A stretch of 64,000 nucleotides of DNA, taken from contig NZ_DASUNH010000110.1 in assembly GCF_036277275.1 (NCBI RefSeq), forward strand, positions 2,014 through 66,013, written 5' to 3'. The position numbers were made by a program, and so were the translations under genes. This DNA comes from Ideonella sp. GTDB lineage: Bacteria > Pseudomonadota > Gammaproteobacteria > Burkholderiales > Burkholderiaceae_C. Positions within the stretch are counted from its first letter, which is position 1. Each line of letters opens with the position of its first letter. This document shows, piece after piece, positions 18,429 to 28,406 of this stretch. The notes under the pieces are model-generated. The model was not told the DNA's origin. It did not search any database and worked only from the letters and a program-made list of their open reading frames with translations.

Positions 18429-19274
18429 TCAGCTCTTCTCGAGCGGTGCCAGCGGCTCGAACGCCGCCGGCTGCTTGAGCTTCCAGGCCGTGATCGCCTT
18501 TTCCATCTCGCCGATGTCGAAGATCGCGCTTTGCAGCAGCGTCATCTGCGACAGCGCCTCGGCGGTGCCGTGGTCACGCGCCTGGTTCAGCGCCAGCTTG
18601 CTGCCGGCGATCGCCAGCGGGCTCTTGGCAGCGATCTGGGCGGCCAGCTCGTTGGCATGCAACAGCAGCGCGTCGGCGTCCGGCAGCACGGCGTTGACCA
18701 GGCCGATCGTCAGCGCGCGCTCGGCGTCGACCCGCTCGCCGGTGTAGGCCATCTGCCGCGCCATGCCCTGCGGCACGAGCTTCGGCAGCCGCTGCAGCGA
18801 GCCCAGGTCGGCCACCATGCCGATGTGGATCTCCTGCACGGTGAAGAACGCGTCGGTCGTACACAGCCGGATGTCGCAGGCGGCGGCCAGGTCCAGCGCG
18901 CCGCCGATGCAGCCGCCCTGCACCGCGCAGATGACCGGGAAGCGCGCTTCGTCGATCGCGTCGAAGCAGGCCATCAGGCGACGCAGCCCGGTCTGGAAGG
19001 CCTGGCGCTTGCGCGAGGTCGACAGGTCCAGCATCGGCATATTGGCGCCGGCGAACACATCGAGCGCCATGCCGGCCGAGAAATGCTTGCCGGTCGAGGC
19101 GATCACCAGCACGCGCGTCTGGCCGGCATCGTCGAGCTCGCGGATGGCGTCTCGAAGGGCCGGGAAGAAGCCCGGATCCATCGTGTTCATCCGCTCGGGG
19201 CGGTTCAGCGTCAGCCGGGCGACCCCGGTGGCGCTGTCATGCTGCAGGTCGAAGTAGGTTGGGGGAGTGGTCAT
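18429..19274 (-). CDS. Enoyl-CoA hydratase/isomerase family protein
   Basis: FSAGMAL, VQGGCIGGALDL, EIHIGMVADLG crotonase motifs. Confidence 0.9.
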   Translation of the reverse strand: MTTPPTYFDLQHDSATGVARLTLNRPERMNTMDPGFFPALRDAIRELDDAGQTRVLVIASTGKHFSAGMALDVFAGANMPMLDLSTSRKRQAFQTGLRRLMACFDAIDEARFPVICAVQGGCIGGALDLAAACDIRLCTTDAFFTVQEIHIGMVADLGSLQRLPKLVPQGMARQMAYTGERVDAERALTIGLVNAVLPDADALLLHANELAAQIAAKSPLAIAGSKLALNQARDHGTAEALSQMTLLQSAIFDIGEMEKAITAWKLKQPAAFEPLAPLEKS

Positions 19275-19365
19275 GGCGGGCCTCGCGAAAGTTCACGCAA
19301 GACTAACCGCTTCCAATCCCCCGTCCGTCTCCCCAGCGACAACTGCCTTGGGGCGGCACTGGCCA

Positions 19366-19824
19366 TCAGAACGTGACGATCATGCAACGGTCGTCCAGGA
19401 TGCCGAGCTTGCCGTTCGCGCCGTTGACGTGCCACATCGGCTGGATGGTGTGGCTGCCGGGCGGGATCGACAGCACGGCCACGGTGCTGCGCGAGGCCCA
19501 GAACTGCTGCGTGTTGGCCAGGTTCTGCGGGCCGGCGTAGAACGGCGAGCCGCCGTCGATCGAGAAGGCCAGGCGCAGCTCGGCGTCGGCGTCGACACCG
19601 GCGTCGGCGGTGAAGGTGACGTAGGCCTGCTTGGCGACACCGGTGGTGTTGTTCAGCACCCGGCTGATGCCGGACACGGCGACCCAGCCGTTTTCGGGGT
19701 GGGCCGAGACGACATTGCCACCACCGCTGCCGTCGACGCTGCAGGCGCTGCGGGTGGTTTGGGCGGCCTGCGCGCCGGCGGCGGCGATGGTCAGGGCCAG
19801 GGCGGTGATGATGCGGGTGTTCAT
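19366..19824 (-). CDS. Secreted hypothetical beta-rich protein
   Basis: Signal peptide MNTRIITALALTIAAAGAQA; alternating beta pattern; one Cys near each end of the mature chain; RBS gagag. Confidence 0.7.
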   Translation of the reverse strand: MNTRIITALALTIAAAGAQAAQTTRSACSVDGSGGGNVVSAHPENGWVAVSGISRVLNNTTGVAKQAYVTFTADAGVDADAELRLAFSIDGGSPFYAGPQNLANTQQFWASRSTVAVLSIPPGSHTIQPMWHVNGANGKLGILDDRCMIVTF

Positions 19825-19932
19825 GGCGGTTTCTCTCTGAAGTTGGGGTTGGACACTGGCTTCTGGGCTTCGACATCCGCTGTCCGTCAACCAGTGGAGT
19901 CACTGTAGAAACCGCTCCGTTAGGATGCCGTT

Positions 19933-22900
19933 ATGAATGCCGAGACAGCATCTGCGTCGCTTGGCCGGGCGGCGTTGGAACCTGGCACCTGGCAGTTGCA
20001 GCTGGCGCCCGCATCCCCGCAGTTTTGGCACGATGGCGAGACACGGCCGCTGCCCTTGCGCGACGCGTTGATGCTGAGCTGGCTGGCGCTGGAGGGCCCG
20101 ACCCCACGCGAGCGGCTGGCCCAGCTGCTATGGCCCGACAGCGAGCCGGCGGCCGCGCGCAACACCTTGCGCCAGCGCCTGTTCCAGTTGCGCCGGCAAC
20201 TGGGTGTCGAGCTGGTCGAAGGCCAGGCGGTGCTGGCGTTGACCGACCGTGCGGCCCATGACCTGGCCGATGCCGACGATCTGCTCGGCGGCCAGGACGC
20301 CGGCGCCAGTGGCGCCCTGGCCGATTGGCTGGCCGGCCAGCGCGAACGGCGCCGCCGGCGCATGCAGCTGGCGTTGGCCGAGCTGTGCGAGATGTCGGAG
20401 CGTGCGCAGGACTGGCCCGGTGCCCTGGTGCACGCGCACGAGCTGCTGGCGCTGGAGCCCTTGTCCGAGGAGGCTCACCGCCGCGTGATGCGGCTGCACT
20501 ACCTGGCCGGCGACCGGGCTGCGGCGCTGCTCGCGTTCGACCGCTGCGAGCAGACGCTGAAGAACGAGGTCGGCGCACCGCCGAGCTCCGAAACGTTGCA
20601 GCTGCTGGCCATGATCGACGCCGCAGGAGCCGACCCGAAGCACGCAGCTCCAACCCCCACGGCCTTGCCGGCCAGTGTGCTGCGGCCGCCGCGCCTGGTC
20701 GGCCGCACGGCGGCCGTCGAGGCCTTGCTGCAAGGCTGGGACGCTGGCCAGGTGGTGCTGGTCGAAGGTGAGGGGGGCCTGGGCAAGAGCCGGCTGCTGC
20801 AGGCGCTGGCCCAGGCGCATCCGGGTGCGTTGGTGGTGGCCGCGCGGCCCGGTGATGCTGGCGTGCCGTTGGCGTCGCTGACGCGCTGGGTCGCGGCGCT
20901 GCACCGCCACGACGAGCAGGCGGCCGGGAGGCTGGAGGCGGCGCATCGACGCGAACTCGCCAAGCTGCTGCCGGAGATGGCTACCGGCCCGATCCCCGCG
21001 CCGCGCGGTGGCCATGACCAGGCCTTGCCCGACGCGCTGGAGGCGCTGTGGCGAGCCCAGGCGCCCGGGTTTGAGGGCCTGCTGGTCGACGACCTGCAGT
21101 GGGCAGACGAAGCCAGTGTCGAATGGCTGGGCGACTGGATCCTGCGCAGCCCGGTGCCGAGTGCCGACGCGCCGGCCCCGCGCTGGGCACTGGCCAGCCG
21201 TCCGGCCGGCGAGGCCAGCGCGCTGGCCGCTTTGCGGCAGGAATTGATGGCCCACGGGCGGCTGCGGCCTTTGCCGCTGGTGCCGCTGGACCAGGCGTCG
21301 CTGGCTGAACTGGTCGACTCGCTCGGTTTGCCGGGCTTGAACGGCGCATCCGCTGGCGCCGCCTTGCGCCAGCACACCGGCGGCAACCCGATGTTCCTGC
21401 TGGAAACGCTGAAGCAGGCGTGGTCCGAGCACCGGCTGGCCGGTGACGTGGCCGGCTGGCTGCGGGCCAGGCCTTCGAGCGTGCGTGCCGTGATCGCCGA
21501 GCGGCTCGCCCGCTTGCCGGCCGGTGCACTGGCGCTGGCGCGGGTGGCCGGCGTGGCAGGCACCGACTTCGGCGTGGTGCTCGCGGCCGAGGTGCTCGGC
21601 CGGCCGGTGATCGAACTCGCCGACGACTGGCAGGCGCTCGAAGCGGCGCAGGTGCTGAGCGACGAAAGCTTTGCGCACGACCTGGTGTTCGAGGCGGTGC
21701 GCGACGGCCTGTCGGCACCGATCGCGCGCCACCTGCACGGCCGCATCGCGGCCTTCCTGGAGGCCGATGCCGCGCATGACCACGCGCCGGCCCGTGTGGC
21801 CGACCACTGGCAGGCCGCGGGCCAGCCCTTGCGCGCCTTGCCGTGGCTGAGCCGCGCCGCCGACGCAGCGTGGCGCTGCGCGCGGCGGCGCGAGCAGCTG
21901 GAGTTCTTGCTGCGGCGCGCCGACATCCTGGCCGACGACGGCCAGCAGGCCACCGCCTTTGCCGAGGTGCTCGGTGCGACCGAGCTGCACCTGGGCATCG
22001 ACTACGACATCGCCGACGGCCAGGCGCTGTGCGACCGGCTGGACCGGCTGGCGGCCACCGACGCCCAGCGGCTCGAGGCCGCACTGCTGCGGATCCACCT
22101 GCTGGGGCACCGTGGCGACGTCGAACAATTGGCCGTGCGCGCCGAGGCCTGCGTGGCCGAGGCGCAGCGCCTGGGCGACGAGCGGCTGCTGGCCCAAGCC
22201 CATGGCGAGCTCGGGTCGGTGTTGGTGATGGCCGACCGGCCGCAGGATGCCGTGCCGCCATTGCGTCAGGCCACCGAGTGGTTGTTGCAGCACGGCAGCC
22301 CGACGGAACGCTCGGTGGCTGCCGGCAGCCTGGCGGTCGCGCTGGACAACTGCGGCCAGCTCGATGCCGCGATGCCCTGGCACGAGACGTCGATCGCCTG
22401 CGCCGACCAGATCGGCGACTGGTCGCAGGTGATGAGCGGGCTGTCGAACCTGGCATGCAACCGCATCGACCGGGGCGATCTGCGCAGTGCGGGTCAATCG
22501 GTGCAGCGTGCGCTCGACCTGGCCGCGCAGCACGACTGGATCGGCGCGCAGCTGGGCACCTCGTGGGCACTGCGTGGTTTGTGTGATCTGGGCCTGGGGC
22601 GTTACAGCAGTGCGCTGCAGGCGCTGGATGAGGCCGAGCGGGTGATGCAGCGCGAGCAACCGGCCTTGCTGCCGGTCGTCGAGTGCCACCGGGCAGCCTG
22701 TTGGTGGCAACTGGGCCAGGCTGCGCGGGCGCAGCAGGCGCTGCAAAAGGTCGATGCCGGCGACGACACGTTGCTCGTGGCGCGGGTGCGCCGGCTGTTG
22801 ATGCTGTCCCGGCTTGCGCGTGAACGCAGTGGCGGGCGCGACGACGCGGCCGCGCTGCTGGCGCAGGCGGTGGCGTTGCTGCCCGACGGTAACCGGCCCG

Positions 22901-23343
22901 ACCTGTACTGGCCGCTGGTCATCGAGCAGGCCAGGGACCTCGCGCCCGCCGACGCGTTGAAGCGGCTCGACGAGGCCTTGGAGGCGACCGATCGGCTCGG
23001 CCACGGTGGCGCCCGGCTCGCCGCGCTGGTCCGCCTGGCCGAACTTGCCAATGGGGTGGACAGTGCACGGGCCGCGGCCTGCGCGCGCGAGGCGCTGCAG
23101 CAGGCCGATCAACTGGTGCCGGCCACGCTGTACCTGGCCGAGCTGTGGTGGCAGGCCGCGCGGGCGCTGCAGTCGGACGGTGCCGACGACGAGGCGGCCG
23201 ACGTGGTGCGGCGCGCCACGGGCTGGCTCCACGACACCGCGCAGCGGCAGGTGCCTGAGGCCTTCCGCAGCGGCTTTCTCGAACGCAACCCGGCCAACCT
23301 CGGGCTGCTCGCGTGGCATGCCCGGCTGCAACACGGGCGCTGA
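19933..23343 (+). CDS. SARP-type wHTH + BTAD + STAND/AAA ATPase + TPR transcriptional regulator
   Basis: RERLAQLLWPD...ARNTLRQRL, BTAD LEPLSEEAHRRVMRL, Walker A GEGGLGKS, Walker B LLVDDLQWAD, TGGNPMFL, helical repeats. Confidence 0.88.
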   Translation: MNAETASASLGRAALEPGTWQLQLAPASPQFWHDGETRPLPLRDALMLSWLALEGPTPRERLAQLLWPDSEPAAARNTLRQRLFQLRRQLGVELVEGQAVLALTDRAAHDLADADDLLGGQDAGASGALADWLAGQRERRRRRMQLALAELCEMSERAQDWPGALVHAHELLALEPLSEEAHRRVMRLHYLAGDRAAALLAFDRCEQTLKNEVGAPPSSETLQLLAMIDAAGADPKHAAPTPTALPASVLRPPRLVGRTAAVEALLQGWDAGQVVLVEGEGGLGKSRLLQALAQAHPGALVVAARPGDAGVPLASLTRWVAALHRHDEQAAGRLEAAHRRELAKLLPEMATGPIPAPRGGHDQALPDALEALWRAQAPGFEGLLVDDLQWADEASVEWLGDWILRSPVPSADAPAPRWALASRPAGEASALAALRQELMAHGRLRPLPLVPLDQASLAELVDSLGLPGLNGASAGAALRQHTGGNPMFLLETLKQAWSEHRLAGDVAGWLRARPSSVRAVIAERLARLPAGALALARVAGVAGTDFGVVLAAEVLGRPVIELADDWQALEAAQVLSDESFAHDLVFEAVRDGLSAPIARHLHGRIAAFLEADAAHDHAPARVADHWQAAGQPLRALPWLSRAADAAWRCARRREQLEFLLRRADILADDGQQATAFAEVLGATELHLGIDYDIADGQALCDRLDRLAATDAQRLEAALLRIHLLGHRGDVEQLAVRAEACVAEAQRLGDERLLAQAHGELGSVLVMADRPQDAVPPLRQATEWLLQHGSPTERSVAAGSLAVALDNCGQLDAAMPWHETSIACADQIGDWSQVMSGLSNLACNRIDRGDLRSAGQSVQRALDLAAQHDWIGAQLGTSWALRGLCDLGLGRYSSALQALDEAERVMQREQPALLPVVECHRAACWWQLGQAARAQQALQKVDAGDDTLLVARVRRLLMLSRLARERSGGRDDAAALLAQAVALLPDGNRPDLYWPLVIEQARDLAPADALKRLDEALEATDRLGHGGARLAALVRLAELANGVDSARAAACAREALQQADQLVPATLYLAELWWQAARALQSDGADDEAADVVRRATGWLHDTAQRQVPEAFRSGFLERNPANLGLLAWHARLQHGR

Positions 23344-23352
23344 CAGGCCCTT

Positions 23353-23527
23353 GGGCCTGTTCACGCACAAATCACGGCCGCGTGGCCGTCCAGAGCGGGC
23401 GCAATCTAGGCGCGAGGGCACCGCCGTGGTTGATCCCACGTCGGTGGCCTCGTAACAACGAATGCGCCCGCTCTGGACGGTCACCCGAAGGGCCCGGCGC
23501 GGCCGCGATTTATGCGTTAACAGGCCC
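23353..23527. mobile_element. 175-bp MITE-like element with long terminal inverted repeats
   Basis: Outer arms 23353-23382/23498-23527 match at 27 of 30 positions; inner arms 23383-23403/23463-23483 at 20 of 21; ends GGGCCTGTT...AACAGGCCC; no ORF. Confidence 0.65.
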
Positions 23528-23540
23528 TAGACTCGGCCTG

Positions 23541-24389
23541 ATGCACGCCCTCGTTCAAACCCAAGACGGCCTAGCGCTGCACGTGCGCCGCTGGAGCCCG
23601 ACGTCGCCCGCACGCGGGCAAGTCCTGATCGTCCACGGCCTGGGCGAACACGGCGGGCGCTATGCCCATGTGGCCACCGACCTGCTGACCCGGGGGTGGG
23701 ACGTGACCGCCTTCGATCAGCGGGGCCACGGCCACTCGGCCGGTGCACCGGGCGACATCGCCTGCGCCGACAGCCTGCTGGCCGACCTGGCGCGTGTCAT
23801 CGACGCCGTGCGGGCTCGCCTGCCGGGGCCGCTGGTGCTGCTGGGCCACAGCCTGGGTGGACTGGTGGCGGCGCGCTTTGTCGCCGAGAGCCTGGCGACG
23901 CAGCCGGCCGGCTGGTCACGCCCGCTCGACGCGCTGGTGCTGTCGTCGCCGGCGCTGGACCCAGGCATGAACGCGGTGCAGAGGGCGCTGCTGGCCGTGG
24001 TGCCGAAGGTGCTGCCGCACCTGCGCGTCAATAACGGGCTCAAGCCCGAATGGGTCAGCCGTGACCCGGCGGTTGTCAAGGCCTATGTCGACGACCCGCT
24101 GGTGCATGACCGCATCAGTGGTCTGCTGGCCCAGTTCATCGCCGGCGCCGGGCCGGTGGTGCAGGACGCGGCCGCGCGATGGACGCTGCCGACGCTGCTC
24201 ATGTGGGCCGGCGCTGACCGTTGCGTGCGCCCCGAAGGCTCGGCGCGTTTCGCTGCCGCCGTGCCGCCGGCGGTGGTGGCAACGCGAGAATGGCCAGGCT
24301 TCTCGCACGAGATCTTCAACGAGCCCGAGAAAGACCGGGTGCTGGCCGAGCTGAACCGCTGGCTCGACCAGCGCTTTGCGCCGCACTGA
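23541..24389 (+). CDS. Lysophospholipase/monoacylglycerol lipase (alpha/beta hydrolase)
   Basis: VHGLGEHGGRY, DQRGHG, GHSLGG, HEIFNE. Confidence 0.9.
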   Translation: MHALVQTQDGLALHVRRWSPTSPARGQVLIVHGLGEHGGRYAHVATDLLTRGWDVTAFDQRGHGHSAGAPGDIACADSLLADLARVIDAVRARLPGPLVLLGHSLGGLVAARFVAESLATQPAGWSRPLDALVLSSPALDPGMNAVQRALLAVVPKVLPHLRVNNGLKPEWVSRDPAVVKAYVDDPLVHDRISGLLAQFIAGAGPVVQDAAARWTLPTLLMWAGADRCVRPEGSARFAAAVPPAVVATREWPGFSHEIFNEPEKDRVLAELNRWLDQRFAPH

Positions 24390-24514
24390 CCAGAAGGCTG
24401 CGCGGCGACGCAAGCCGTCGATCGCCGGCTTGCGATGCAACCATACGTCCGTTGTGGTCTTGTTTGTCCACCAATGTGTCGAGTTAGGATCTGGGTTCTC
24501 TCAAGGAGGTATGC

Positions 24515-25489
24515 ATGATTCGCTCGATGGTGTGTTCGCTGCTGTTGGCCTTGTCGGCCTCGGTTGCCGTGGCTGCGCGACCGGTCTACAAGATCGAACT
24601 GATTGACCATGACGACGAGCTGTTGCCCAAGGAGGCGATGGTCATCAACGACCACGGCGTGGTGGCCGGTCGGGCGGGGGTGAAAGGGGCCTCGGATCAA
24701 GGCTTGGTGCCTTTTCGCTATGTCGACGGCGTGTTGAAGCCTTTCCTGCCAGGACCGACCGAGGCCCTGCTCGTCCAGGACATGAACGACACCGGCGACG
24801 TGATCGGCCGCATCTTCAACGACTACTACGTCTGGCGGGCCGACGGCACGACCGAGGCGATGCCGGGCATGTCGTTGTACGCGATCAACGATCTCGGCCA
24901 GATGGCGGTTCGATCCGACGACAGCTGGCATGGCCACATCTACGACCATGGCACGCTGACCGATCTGGGCACGCTCGGCGGCAACAACAGCTCTGCCTTC
25001 GACATCAACAACCGCGGCGAAGTGACCGGCATTGCCGACCTGCCGGGGCAGTACCCGCCGTACCACGCCTTCATCTGGCGCGATGGCCAGATGATCGACC
25101 TCGGCACGCTGGGCGGCACCACGAGCTGGGGCGCGGCGATCAACGACCTCGGCCACGTGGTGGGCACGGCGAACGACAAGAAGGGCGCCCGTCACGCCTT
25201 CATCCACGATGGCAGCGTGATGAAGAAACTGCCGCCATCCGAAGAGGGTGACACGCTCACCCCCTCCGACGTGAACGACCGGGACGAGGTGGTGGGTTCG
25301 GGCTCGGCCGGCGAAGTGCTGTTGTCGGTCGCCGGCAAGACCTATCGCCTGAAGAACCTGCTCGGCAAGAGTGGCGCGGAGTGGGAACGCCTGATGTACG
25401 CCAACTCGATCAACCAGGCGGGCCAGATCGTCGGCGTGGGTGTTCGCAAGGGTCGCCTGCGCGCCTACATCGCCACGCCGGTCCGGTAG
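24515..25489 (+). CDS. Secreted HAF-family extracellular repeat protein
   Basis: Signal peptide; repeats DLGTLGG..S.A.DINN.G.V.G with HAF/YHAF strands; strong RBS aaggagg. Confidence 0.85.
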   Translation: MIRSMVCSLLLALSASVAVAARPVYKIELIDHDDELLPKEAMVINDHGVVAGRAGVKGASDQGLVPFRYVDGVLKPFLPGPTEALLVQDMNDTGDVIGRIFNDYYVWRADGTTEAMPGMSLYAINDLGQMAVRSDDSWHGHIYDHGTLTDLGTLGGNNSSAFDINNRGEVTGIADLPGQYPPYHAFIWRDGQMIDLGTLGGTTSWGAAINDLGHVVGTANDKKGARHAFIHDGSVMKKLPPSEEGDTLTPSDVNDRDEVVGSGSAGEVLLSVAGKTYRLKNLLGKSGAEWERLMYANSINQAGQIVGVGVRKGRLRAYIATPVR

Positions 25490-25518
25490 GTGGCTTCAGG
25501 GGCCCCCTGCGCCGGGCC

Positions 25519-26154
25519 TCAGCGCTCATCCAGCCCGACCAGGCCTTCGCGGATAGCCCAGCGCACCAGGGCCGGCACGTCGGCCAGTTCCAGCTTGGCC
25601 ATCAAGCGGCTGCGGTAGGTGTCCACGGTCTTGGGCGACAGGTGCAGCTGTTCGCCGATGGTCGTGCTCGATGCGCCGCGCGCCACCATCACCAAGACCT
25701 GGCGTTCCCGCGGCGACAGCGCCTGTGCGTCGCTGCCGCCCTCGGTGAGGCCGCGCAAGGCCAGCTCGGCCTCGTTGTGGCCCAGGTGGCGGCGCCCTTG
25801 CGACACCGCCCGGATGGCGTCGAGCAGCTCGGCGCTCGGTGAGCCCTTCAGCACATAGCCCAACGCGCCCAGGCGCAGGGCCTCGGCCACGTGGCGCGGC
25901 TGGCTCGACATGCTCAGCACGATGACGCGTGCGTCCAGCTTGCGGCGCTGCAACTCTTCCAGCAGCTCGAAGCCCGAGCGCTCGCCCAGGCTCAGGTCGA
26001 GCAGCACGATGTCCGGCTTCAGGCGCGCCAGGTCCGACAGCGCCGGCGTCGGCTCGGCGGCCTCGCCCACCACGGTGTGCCCGCCACTTTCCAGCACCGC
26101 GCGCAGGCCGTCCCGCACCAGCGCGTGGTCGTCGATCAGGTACAGCCGGCTCAT
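25519..26154 (-). CDS. NarL/LuxR family response regulator
   Basis: REC (LIDDH...LLDLSL) plus LSPRERQVL HTH. Confidence 0.93.
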   Translation of the reverse strand: MSRLYLIDDHALVRDGLRAVLESGGHTVVGEAAEPTPALSDLARLKPDIVLLDLSLGERSGFELLEELQRRKLDARVIVLSMSSQPRHVAEALRLGALGYVLKGSPSAELLDAIRAVSQGRRHLGHNEAELALRGLTEGGSDAQALSPRERQVLVMVARGASSTTIGEQLHLSPKTVDTYRSRLMAKLELADVPALVRWAIREGLVGLDER

Positions 26155-28406
26155 GAGCGCGCCTCAGGGATGGTTTGCGCCGTGTTGATCGGCAACGAGC
26201 GTCTTTCACGGCCGCCCGGCTCTTTCCAGCGCAGGTGAACCGTCGTGCCCTGACCGGGGGAGGACTGCACGTCGAGCATGGCGCCGATGGCGAGCGCGCG
26301 CTCGCGCATGCCGACCATCCCCAGGTGACCGGGGGCGGCCACCGCGCCGCCGATCGGCAGGCCGCATCCATCGTCGCTGACGGTCAGTTTCAGCCGGTGC
26401 TCGTCACCAGCGAGCTTGACACGGATCGTGGCCGGGCGAGCATGGCGCAGTGCGTTGTGAACGGCCTCGCGAGCGATCATGAATGCGGCGTACTCGGCCT
26501 CGGCGGGCCAACGCACGCGTTGCAAGTCGTTGGCCACGTCCAACTGCAGGTCGACGCCTTGGGTGGTCAGCGTGGCACGCTGGCGCAATTCGTTGTCGAG
26601 TGCCGCGGCGAGCCCCAGCTCGTCGAGCAGCGGCGGCCGAAGGTCGACCAGCACCTGGCGGACCTGCTGGTTGGCTTCGCTGATCAGGCCATCGAAACGT
26701 CGCATCAGGTCGTTCGGCGCGGTGCCGGCCTGGGCGCTGCAGGCGTCATAGATCAGCCGCATGGCGGCCAGCGTCTGGCCCAATTCGTCGTGCAGGGCCT
26801 GGGCCAGCCGGCGCGTGGTCTGTTTCTCCTGCTCGAGCAGGCGCTGGGAGAAGCCGGCCAGTTCGACCCGGTACTGTTCAAGTGCCTGATCGGCCTGCAC
26901 GCGCTGGGTGACATCGCGCAGGATCGCGGTGTAGTAGGTGCCGCTGTCCAGCACCACCCTCGAGATCGAGGCGTCGATCGGAAACGTCTCGCCGTTGGCG
27001 CGCCGGCCGCGCACGGTCCGCAGCGGCGACATGGTGCGTGTCGAGGGCCCGCTGCTGGCGAAGTTGCGCAGATGGTCGATATGCGGCCCGCGCGCGGCCT
27101 CGGGCAGCAGGTCATCGAGCGGGCGCCCGAGCATGTCCGCCGCCCGGCGGCCGAACATGCGCTCTGCTGCGGGATTGAACAGCACGATACGCTGCGACCG
27201 GTCGACCGTGATGATGGCGTCCATCGCGGCCTGGATCATGCCGTCCAGCCGGGCCAGCGCCTCGGCCTGCGCCTGCTCGGCCTGCTGGCGTTGGGCGACC
27301 TGGAGTTCCAGTTCCACGGCACGGCTTTGCAGTGTCTCGTTGGCGTCGAAGAGTTCGAACATCACGACGAACTCGCCCGCCAGCGCCAGCGCCATCATCT
27401 CGTCCTCGTCGTCGAAGCGGTGGCCGGGGCGTTCGTCGGTGAACAACAGCACGCCGTACTGGGCGGAGCCCGACCCGACCGGTACACCGAGGAAGCTGCG
27501 CACCGGGCCAAAACTGACGGGTAGCTCGGCCAGCACGTCGTTGCCATTGCCTTCGCGCAGGGCCGCGCCGTGGCTCCAGACGCGGCCGATCAGGCCTTGG
27601 CGGACGGCGGCTCCGCGCAGGCTCTGAAGGGCCGGGGGGCGCAGCCCGTGTGCTTCGACATGCCGCACGCCGGATTCGTCGGCATGCAGCAGCACGAGGG
27701 CTACCGCGTCGGCCTCCACGATCCGGCGGCTGGCGTCGCAGAACATGCGCAGGAAGGCATCACGCCGGCGCTCGACGGCCAGGTCGAGCGCCAGCTCGAT
27801 CAGCGCAAAGATGCGGCTGGCGCTGCGCTGGACATGGCCGAGGTTGTCGGCCAGCCGCAGCGACAGTCCGCGCAATCGCTCGCGTTCGTGCTCGGGCCCC
27901 GAGTGCTCGCGCAGCAGGCCGTTGATGAGCGCCTGATCCTCGGTCACATGGCCGAGGTGGCCCGCCATGCGCTGCCCGAGACCCGACAGGGCCGACGGTG
28001 CCTCGCGCAGCGCTTGCGCGCCGGCGGGCAACGCTGCGTCATCGCCCAGCAGTCGATTGACGGCATCGATCAACGCGCGCGGCCCGGTCGGCTTGGGCAG
28101 CACCTCGGTGACACCGCAGGCCGTGGCCAGCTTGTGGGCGTCGGTGCTGCGGTAGGTGGCTGTGTAGAAGATCACCGGCGTCGCGGCGATCTCGGGTTCC
28201 TGGCGCAGGCGGCTGACATACTCGAACCCGTCCATCACCGGCATCAGCAGGTCGGTGATCACCAGGTGGGGGCGCGTTTCGCGTGTCGCCCGGAGCGCCT
28301 GCGCGCCATCGGCGGCTTCGGTCACCTCATGGCCGGCCCCGCAGAGGACGACCCTCAGGTAGTGGCGATTGGACGGACGATCATCGACGACGAGGATGCG
28401 GGCCAT
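26151..28406 (-). CDS. Cytoplasmic sensor kinase REC-GAF-PAS-HisKA_3-HATPase
   Basis: N-terminal REC (TDLLMP), GAF (SFLGVPV), PAS (FNPAAERMFG), ALHDELGQ, GHLGMVGMRER; ATGA overlap with the RR. Confidence 0.88.
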   Translation of the reverse strand: MARILVVDDRPSNRHYLRVVLCGAGHEVTEAADGAQALRATRETRPHLVITDLLMPVMDGFEYVSRLRQEPEIAATPVIFYTATYRSTDAHKLATACGVTEVLPKPTGPRALIDAVNRLLGDDAALPAGAQALREAPSALSGLGQRMAGHLGHVTEDQALINGLLREHSGPEHERERLRGLSLRLADNLGHVQRSASRIFALIELALDLAVERRRDAFLRMFCDASRRIVEADAVALVLLHADESGVRHVEAHGLRPPALQSLRGAAVRQGLIGRVWSHGAALREGNGNDVLAELPVSFGPVRSFLGVPVGSGSAQYGVLLFTDERPGHRFDDEDEMMALALAGEFVVMFELFDANETLQSRAVELELQVAQRQQAEQAQAEALARLDGMIQAAMDAIITVDRSQRIVLFNPAAERMFGRRAADMLGRPLDDLLPEAARGPHIDHLRNFASSGPSTRTMSPLRTVRGRRANGETFPIDASISRVVLDSGTYYTAILRDVTQRVQADQALEQYRVELAGFSQRLLEQEKQTTRRLAQALHDELGQTLAAMRLIYDACSAQAGTAPNDLMRRFDGLISEANQQVRQVLVDLRPPLLDELGLAAALDNELRQRATLTTQGVDLQLDVANDLQRVRWPAEAEYAAFMIAREAVHNALRHARPATIRVKLAGDEHRLKLTVSDDGCGLPIGGAVAAPGHLGMVGMRERALAIGAMLDVQSSPGQGTTVHLRWKEPGGRERRSLPINTAQTIPEARS

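Noticed and set aside
20128-23484. 1118-aa minus-strand ORF, and other long overlapping ORFs (e.g. 28931-31489+, 32906-35263-, 42611-45178+, 13068-15197+)
   Set aside because: These are antisense shadows of real genes in 70% GC DNA, with no recognisable motifs.
24409-24434. Hairpin cgcaagccg/cggcttgcg after the lipase gene
   Set aside because: No U-tract and not repeated elsewhere in the window; at most a weak terminator.
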